Positions 37,248-43,019 of a stretch of DNA of 63,171 nt are shown one piece after another (the first letter of the stretch is position 1; every line of letters begins with the position of its first letter). The stretch is from NCBI GenBank assembly GCA_963625295.1, contig CAVFTC010000001.1, positions 1-63,171 of the forward strand, given 5' to 3'. The stretch is from Bacteroides faecis (lineage in GTDB: Bacteria > Bacillota > Clostridia > Oscillospirales > Acutalibacteraceae). The notes beneath the pieces were generated by a model. The model was not told the origin of the DNA. It did not search any database and was given only the letters and a program-made list of their open reading frames with translations. A program made the position numbers and the translations under genes.

Positions 37248-37999
37248 TTTTCTTCCTCCTTTGCATAGATATCCTTGTAAACGCCGAGAGGATAGTAAGG
37301 AATCATGTTCTCCTCTGCCCAGTCAAGAGCCTTCTGCGGAGTCATTCCCCAGTTTGTAGGGCAGGTTGAAATAACCTCAACGAGAGAAAAGCCCTTGCCC
37401 TCAAGCTGATTCTTGAATGCCTTTTTGATAGCCTTTTTAGCGTTCTTGACATTTTTTACATTGTTGACAGCAACTCTCTCAAGATATGCCGCACCGTCAA
37501 CATTTGAAAGAAGCTCGCAAACCTTAACGGGATAGCCGACGGTGTTGACATCTCTGCCGTAGGGTGAGGTCTGGGTGACCTGACCGGGAAGCGTTGTCGG
37601 AGCCATCTGACCGCCCGTCATACCGTAAATAGCATTGTTAACGAAAATAACGGTGATATTCTCCCGTCTTGCAGCGGCATGAACCGTCTCGGCAGTACCG
37701 ATAGCGGCAAGGTCGCCGTCGCCCTGATATGTGAATACAACCTTTGACGGGTCGCTTCTCTTAACGCCTGTTGCAACGGCAGGAGCACGGCCGTGAGCCG
37801 CCTGAACAAAATCACATGTGAAATAGTTATATGCCATAACAGAGCAGCCGACCGATGCGACGCCGATCGTATCACCCTCGATTCCAAGCTCATCAATTAC
37901 CTCTGCAACCAGACGGTGAATAATACCGTGAGTACAGCCGGGACAATAGTGAAGCGTTGCGTCCGTCAATGATTTCGGTTTTTCAAATACAACTGACAT
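37244..37999 (-). CDS. 2-oxoacid:ferredoxin oxidoreductase, beta (TPP-binding) subunit
   Basis: CPGCTHG, GDGD....G and [10 protein letters not shown] motifs. The start at 37999 overlaps the alpha stop (TAATG). Confidence 0.85.
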   Translation of the reverse strand: MSVVFEKPKSLTDATLHYCPGCTHGIIHRLVAEVIDELGIEGDTIGVASVGCSVMAYNYFTCDFVQAAHGRAPAVATGVKRSDPSKVVFTYQGDGDLAAIGTAETVHAAARRENITVIFVNNAIYGMTGGQMAPTTLPGQVTQTSPYGRDVNTVGYPVKVCELLSNVDGAAYLERVAVNNVKNVKNAKKAIKKAFKNQLEGKGFSLVEVISTCPTNWGMTPQKALDWAEENMIPYYPLGVYKDIYAKEEEK

Positions 38000-39057
38000 T
38001 ATTCTGCACCTCCGTTTGACATGATAGCCGAAAGAACATCCTCCGGCGTCGGGATCATTCCGCCGACACGGTTGCAAAGCTCAACCGGTCTTTTGCAATC
38101 GATCGCAAGCTTCACATCGTCGATCATCTGACCCATGTTCATTTCAACAGTTATAAATCTCTTGCACTTCTCGGCAGCAGCCTTGAGCGGCTTTGTCGGG
38201 AACGGCCAGAGCGTGATCGGTCTTATCATGCCGACCTTGACGCCTCTCTTGCGTGCCTCATTGACTGCGTTCTTTGCCACACGGGCGGTGATACCGAACG
38301 CAACAACGCAAACCTCGGCGTCCTCCATGAGATATTCCTCGTACATCGTTTCGTTTTCTTCGATCGTCTTATATTTCTGATATCTCTCGAAATTCTTTAT
38401 TTCAAGCTCCTCGGGCTTGAGGTAAAGCGAATTGACTATGTTATGCTCTCTCTCACACTTTGTGCCGGTGAGTGCCCACGGCTTTTCAACCGGAGTTACC
38501 TCGGCAACATCGAGGGAAACCGGCTCCATCATCTGACCCATTGTGCCGTCGGCAAGGATCATTGCAACCATTCTGTATTTATCCGCAAGCTCAAAGCCCT
38601 TGACGGTGAGGCTTGCCATTTCCTGAACGGAAGCCGGTGCAAGTACGATATTGTGGTAATCGCCGTGTCCGCCACCCTTTGTTGACTGCCAGTAATCCGA
38701 CTGTGAGGGCTGAATTCCGCCGAGTCCGGGGCCGCCACGCTGAACATTGACCACGAGTGCGGGAAGGTCGCAGCCGGCGAGATATGAAATACCCTCGCTT
38801 TTAAGCGAAACTCCGGGGCTGGAGGAGGAGGTCATGACTCTCTTGCCTGTTGACGAAACGCCGATAACCATGTTGATTGCAGCGATCTCGCTCTCCGCCT
38901 GCAGGAATGTTCCGCCGATCTTCGGCATACGCTTTGACATGTAAGCCGCAACCTCTGTCTGCGGAGTTATGGGATAACCGAAGTAATGTCGGCAGCCTGC
39001 TCTGATAGCAGCCTCGGCAATTGCTTCGTTGCCTTTCATAAGTACTTTATCTGACAT
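37999..39057 (-). CDS. vorB: 2-oxoacid:ferredoxin oxidoreductase, alpha subunit (VorB-like)
   Basis: [36 protein letters not shown]-terminus typical of VorB/KorA-type alpha subunits. The longer track ORF runs into the ferredoxin gene. Confidence 0.8.
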   Translation of the reverse strand: MSDKVLMKGNEAIAEAAIRAGCRHYFGYPITPQTEVAAYMSKRMPKIGGTFLQAESEIAAINMVIGVSSTGKRVMTSSSSPGVSLKSEGISYLAGCDLPALVVNVQRGGPGLGGIQPSQSDYWQSTKGGGHGDYHNIVLAPASVQEMASLTVKGFELADKYRMVAMILADGTMGQMMEPVSLDVAEVTPVEKPWALTGTKCEREHNIVNSLYLKPEELEIKNFERYQKYKTIEENETMYEEYLMEDAEVCVVAFGITARVAKNAVNEARKRGVKVGMIRPITLWPFPTKPLKAAAEKCKRFITVEMNMGQMIDDVKLAIDCKRPVELCNRVGGMIPTPEDVLSAIMSNGGAE

Positions 39058-39062
39058 TTTCT

Positions 39063-39269
39063 TCACCTCTCTACCGTAATAACACAATCGGGGCACATTG
39101 TAGCGCAGAAGGCGCATCCGATACACTTTTCCTGTTCCGTCACAACTGCGGGATGATGTCCCTTGTTGTTCAAAGTCGTCTCTGACAAATGAACTATTCC
39201 CTTGGGACAAGCGTTCACGCAAAGTCCGCAGCCCTTGCAAAGGTCTGTTTTGAATGTTACTTTAGCCAT
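39063..39269 (-). CDS. 2x[4Fe-4S] ferredoxin (delta subunit)
   Basis: Two CxxCxxCxxxCP motifs in 68 aa. Confidence 0.9.
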   Translation of the reverse strand: MAKVTFKTDLCKGCGLCVNACPKGIVHLSETTLNNKGHHPAVVTEQEKCIGCAFCATMCPDCVITVER

Positions 39270-39281
39270 TTGACATTCCTC

Positions 39282-39938
39282 CTAATTTATTTTCGCCTGT
39301 AGGGTAAGCGGAAGCATATTGCTCACTCGCCCGTACAGCTCTTTATAAAGCGTCTTTTTTACGGTAGTCATCGCAACGGGAAGCCCCGTAAGCTTTGAAA
39401 CCTCATCGGCATATTTGAGCGAATCAAGAACATCCTGAGCGGTCGTCTCCTCGCCGAGATTTGAGTTGTTTATTATAGCCGTAAATTTCATTGAACCGGC
39501 TTTTTCGATTTCATTCATGACCTCAAGGGTGCTGTAAGCGTCCCTTGTCAGCGGTCTGTACATGTTTATTACAAGAAACATCTCATAGTCGTTTTCCCGT
39601 ACTATGCTTTCGGAATAGCGGCCGAGAGCGTATGCGCCTCTGTCGTCGCCGCCGATATCCATAACAGCGTATTCCGTGCGGTCGTCAATGACAGAATATA
39701 TATCCTGCGGCAGCGAGGGAAGATCAACATTTGAGCTTGCAAAGTCCGAGCAGATAAGTCTTATCCCGGCGGCTTTAAGCTCCTTTTCGCTGTCCTTGGT
39801 TCTGAAATACGGGTTGACGATATCCAAATCCGCAACAGCCACCTCAAGACCCTGCTGTCTGAGCTTAAAAGCGTAATTGACCGCTATATTCGTTTTTCCG
39901 CTGCCGTAATGACCGGCAAAAAGCGTTATGCGCTTCAT
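39282..39938 (-). CDS. MinD/ParA/CooC-like P-loop ATPase
   Basis: Deviant Walker A GHYGSGKTN; 218 aa; first gene of the oxidoreductase operon. Confidence 0.7.
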   Translation of the reverse strand: MKRITLFAGHYGSGKTNIAVNYAFKLRQQGLEVAVADLDIVNPYFRTKDSEKELKAAGIRLICSDFASSNVDLPSLPQDIYSVIDDRTEYAVMDIGGDDRGAYALGRYSESIVRENDYEMFLVINMYRPLTRDAYSTLEVMNEIEKAGSMKFTAIINNSNLGEETTAQDVLDSLKYADEVSKLTGLPVAMTTVKKTLYKELYGRVSNMLPLTLQAKIN

Positions 39939-39953
39939 TATTTCACCCCAATA

Positions 39954-39988
39954 TAGATTTTAGACTTTAGATTGTAGATATTAGATAT
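39954..39988. repeat. Five tandem heptads TAGATNN
   Basis: TAGATTT TAGACTT TAGATTG TAGATAT TAGATAT, 16 nt upstream of the P-loop gene start and overlapping its putative -10. Confidence 0.8.
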
Positions 39989-40000
39989 TCCGATAATCAA
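39971..40000 (-). promoter_or_regulatory. Candidate promoter of the P-loop/VOR operon
   Basis: On the minus strand: TTGATT, 18 nt, TACAAT. Confidence 0.4.
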
Positions 40001-40020
40001 ATCTTTAATATCTAATCGGT

Positions 40021-40330
40021 GTGCCAAACCTTAGGATAAATTGTTCAGCGTGCGTCGAGTTCAAGGCGACAGGCTGACGCAACTATGTGTATTGCTAAGT
40101 CTGTCAACGCAGAAATCGGCGTACCAAACCTTAGGATAAATTGTTCAAGGTGCGTCGAGTTCAAGGCAACAGGCTAACGCAATACTATGTGTATTGCTAA
40201 GTCTGTCAACGCAGAAATCGGCGTGCCAAACCTTAGGATAAATTGTTCAGGGTGCGTCGAGTTCAAGGCGACAGGCTGACGCAATACTATGTGTATTGCT
40301 AAGTCTGTCAACGCAGAAATCGGCGTGCCA
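40021..40330. repeat. Three head-to-tail ~101-bp direct repeats plus a 6-nt partial fourth unit
   Basis: Units at 40021-40120, 40121-40222 and 40223-40324. Unit 1 vs unit 3 differ by 1 substitution and a 2-nt indel; unit 2 vs unit 3 differ by 4 substitutions. Each unit holds a ~17-bp imperfect hairpin. Confidence 0.95.
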
Positions 40331-40338
40331 TGGACAAT

Positions 40339-42609
40339 TTACAGCTGATTACGGATGATTTTGCCGCTTATAGTCTTTGGAAGCTCGTCCTTGAACACAA
40401 CGATTCTCGGGTACTTGTAAGGAGCGGTGTGCTTCTTAACATAGTTCTGAATTTCTTTTTTAAGCTCCTCGGTCGGCTCTGTGCCCTTGGTAAGGACAAT
40501 GGAAGCCTTGACGACCTGTCCTCTTACCTCGTCGGGAGCAGCGGAAACGCCGCACTCAAGAACATAAGGAAGCTCCATGATAACATTTTCGATCTCGAAC
40601 GGTCCGATACGGTAGCCGGACGATTTGATAACATCGTCGATACGGCCGACATACCAGAAATATCCGTCCTCATCACGCCATGCGATATCGCCCGTGTGAT
40701 AAACGCCGTCGTGCCAAACCTCGTCTGTACGATCCTGATTTCTGTAGTAGCCGAGGAATATACCGCACGGTACTTTCTCGGAAGTGTTGACGCAGATTTC
40801 ACCGGTTTCACCGATATCCGCTTCCGTTCCGTCGGGACGAAGAATCTTGATGTCGTAAAGCGGCGTCGGCTTGCCCATTGAGCCGGGCTTCGGAGTCATT
40901 CCGGTGAGCGTTGCTATTCCAAGAGTCATCTCCGTTTGACCGAAGCCCTCCATAAGCTCAAGTCCGGTAGCATTATAGAACTGGCGGAATACCTCCGGGT
41001 TAAGTGCCTCACCGGCTGTTGTTGCGTGACGGATAGAGGAAAGATCGTACTTTGCGAGATCCTCCTTTATCATCATTCTGTACATCGTCGGAGGTGCGCA
41101 GAATGTTGTGATGTTATATTGCTTGAACATCGGAAGAATATCCGACGCATCGAAGCGGTCGAAGTTATATACAAATACTGCGCCCTCGCAGAGCCACTGT
41201 CCGTAGAGCTTGCCCCAAAGAGCCTTGCCCCAGCCGGTGTCGGAGATTGTAAGGTGAAGTCCGTCCTTGCTTACGCAGTGCCAATATTTAGCGGTGATAT
41301 AGTGTCCGAGCGGATATTTGTAGGAATGGGTTGCGATTTTCGGATAGCCCGTTGTGCCGGAGGTGAAGAACATAAGCATCGGATCGTTTCCGCACGGTGC
41401 GTCCTCTTCCCTTCTGTATCTTCTGGAGAACAGGCTGTATTCGCTGTCGAAGCTGTGCCAGCCCTCACGCTCGCCGCCGACAATGATTTTGTTGACGAGA
41501 GTATGCGTCTTTGCGTCGGCGATGTCAACCTGATGAGCGGTGTCGCCGTCGGCTGTGCAAAGAATTGTCGTTACTCCTGCCGCCTCAAATCTGTACTCAA
41601 AGTCATGGTCAACAAGAAGATTCGTTGCCGGAATTGCGATTGCGCCGATCTTATGAAGCGCAAGGATTGCAAACCAGAACTGATAATGACGCTTGAGAAC
41701 AAGCATTACCCTGTCGCCCTTCTTTATGCCGAGCGACTTGAAGTAGTTGGCCGCCTGTGCCGAGTGCTCCTTGACATCCTTAAATGTGAAGATGCGTTCC
41801 GTCTTATCGCGGTCAACATGAACGAGTGCACGCTTGTCAGGGGATTTTTTTGCAATTTTATCAACGATATCAAAAGCGAAGTTGAATTCATCCTCATGAT
41901 TAAAATCAATGGAAACAAGATTTCCGTTTTCGTCCTCTGTTGCGTCAATAAACTTCTCGCAAACATAGCTGCCCTTTGCCTTTACGCCCTTGACAGCTCT
42001 TTCGTGAACGATATTCGTTACCGTATCATCACTTGCCATGACCATCGCAAGGAAGAGACAATCCCTGCCGTCGATGGCAACCATTCCGTGAGGCGTTGAG
42101 GAGTTATAATAAATGCTGTCGCCCTCGTTAAGAATCTCCTCATGATTTCCGACTCTTACTCTCAGTGAACCGCTGATAACGATATCGAACTCCTGACCAC
42201 CGTGAGTTACGGTGCTTATCGGTTTATTTTCAAGCTCCGCGTCATACTCGTATCTAACCCAGTACGGCTCGGAAAGCTTTTTTCTGAAATTCGGTGCAAG
42301 GTTTTTGATTTCGATTCCGTTCTCGCTGGCGGTGATCTGACCCTTGCCCAGTCTTGTAACGGTATAGGATGAAAGCACGGCGCTGTGACCTTCAAGAAGA
42401 TCCGTAATGCCAATGTCAAAAGCAAGTGCACACTTGTGAATAAAAGTGAAAGGAAGGTCAACCGTTCCGCTCTCATAGAGCCTGTAGGTTTCAACAGAGA
42501 CTTCAGACTTCTCCGCCATTTCCTCAACGGTAAAGCCGCATATGTCTCTCATTTCCTGGATACGCTCAGCAACCTCATAAAGCTTGTTTGATTCGTTTTG
42601 ATTTGACAT
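40339..42609 (-). CDS. XRE-HTH + cupin domain fused to an AMP-forming medium-chain acyl-CoA synthetase
   Basis: N-terminal ~190 aa: HTH (ICGFTVEEMAEKSEVSVETYRLYESG) and cupin (GQEFDIVISGSL...YYNSSTPHGM). Remainder: ACSM/MacS-like ligase (MFFTSGTTGYPK, YGQTE, YHTGD, SGKIIR). Confidence 0.85.
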   Translation of the reverse strand: MSNQNESNKLYEVAERIQEMRDICGFTVEEMAEKSEVSVETYRLYESGTVDLPFTFIHKCALAFDIGITDLLEGHSAVLSSYTVTRLGKGQITASENGIEIKNLAPNFRKKLSEPYWVRYEYDAELENKPISTVTHGGQEFDIVISGSLRVRVGNHEEILNEGDSIYYNSSTPHGMVAIDGRDCLFLAMVMASDDTVTNIVHERAVKGVKAKGSYVCEKFIDATEDENGNLVSIDFNHEDEFNFAFDIVDKIAKKSPDKRALVHVDRDKTERIFTFKDVKEHSAQAANYFKSLGIKKGDRVMLVLKRHYQFWFAILALHKIGAIAIPATNLLVDHDFEYRFEAAGVTTILCTADGDTAHQVDIADAKTHTLVNKIIVGGEREGWHSFDSEYSLFSRRYRREEDAPCGNDPMLMFFTSGTTGYPKIATHSYKYPLGHYITAKYWHCVSKDGLHLTISDTGWGKALWGKLYGQWLCEGAVFVYNFDRFDASDILPMFKQYNITTFCAPPTMYRMMIKEDLAKYDLSSIRHATTAGEALNPEVFRQFYNATGLELMEGFGQTEMTLGIATLTGMTPKPGSMGKPTPLYDIKILRPDGTEADIGETGEICVNTSEKVPCGIFLGYYRNQDRTDEVWHDGVYHTGDIAWRDEDGYFWYVGRIDDVIKSSGYRIGPFEIENVIMELPYVLECGVSAAPDEVRGQVVKASIVLTKGTEPTEELKKEIQNYVKKHTAPYKYPRIVVFKDELPKTISGKIIRNQL

Positions 42610-42651
42610 GATTTTTACCTCCGTAACATACCGGGAACCGATTTCGGATAA

Positions 42652-42947
42652 AACAAAAAATCCGTCCCAAAGTCATTAGAACTTTGAGACGGATTTGAAT
42701 ATCCGCGGTACCACTCAAATTGCGATCTGCTATTGCTTCTCGCCTCTCTGCAGGATCTGACAATCCCTCAACACTGACGTAGTTGTCACGGGAGAAACTA
42801 CTGTAGTTTTCATCTCTCCGGCTCGGAAGTGATGGGCTTTACATTTACCTCGCTATCGGCTCGCACCAAACGCCGACTCTCTGAAAGGACATAAACGCAA
42901 CCGTCTTCGTCACAGCCTTTGTTTCAACAGGTTATTTGTACCTGTTG
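42652..42947 (-). promoter_or_regulatory. T-box riboswitch leader, putative Ile (AUC) specifier
   Basis: Minus strand shows a K-turn (TGACGAAG / CTTCCGAGCC), AGAGAG bulge, distal loop GGTGCGA, T-box AATTTGAGTGGTACCGCGG (42703-42721) and the terminator TCCGTCTCAAAG...CTTTGGGACGGA + TTTTTT. Confidence 0.85.
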
Positions 42948-42953
42948 CGGTAC

Positions 42954-42982
42954 ATTATAAGATACTTTTCACAATTTTTCAA
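42954..42982 (-). promoter_or_regulatory. Promoter of the T-box(Ile) leader
   Basis: On the minus strand: TTGAAA, 17 nt, TATAAT. Confidence 0.7.
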
Positions 42983-42991
42983 GGGATATTT

Positions 42992-43009
42992 TGTAATATA
43001 AGTATTACA
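42992..43009. promoter_or_regulatory. Palindromic operator candidate TGTAATA-N4-TATTACA
   Basis: Perfect 7-bp inverted repeat 9 nt upstream of the -35. An identical motif with identical spacing lies at 47278-47295. Confidence 0.6.
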
Positions 43010-43019
43010 TTGTGTAATG

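Noticed and set aside
40021-40330. Possible CRISPR array, because of regularly repeated ~100-bp periodicity
   Set aside because: The whole ~101-bp unit is repeated head-to-tail, with no unique spacers between short repeats. No cas genes are present in the window. It is a tandem direct repeat, not a CRISPR array.
40936-42099. Long antisense ORFs opposite strongly supported genes (40936-42099, 43017-43658, 44361-45308, 48280-49062, 49255-49992, 51962-52726, 61150-62019, 22032-22724, 4609-5364)
   Set aside because: They are shadow ORFs on the opposite strand of genes with clear family signatures. Their translations are low-complexity or Cys/Arg-rich and have no recognisable motifs or RBS.
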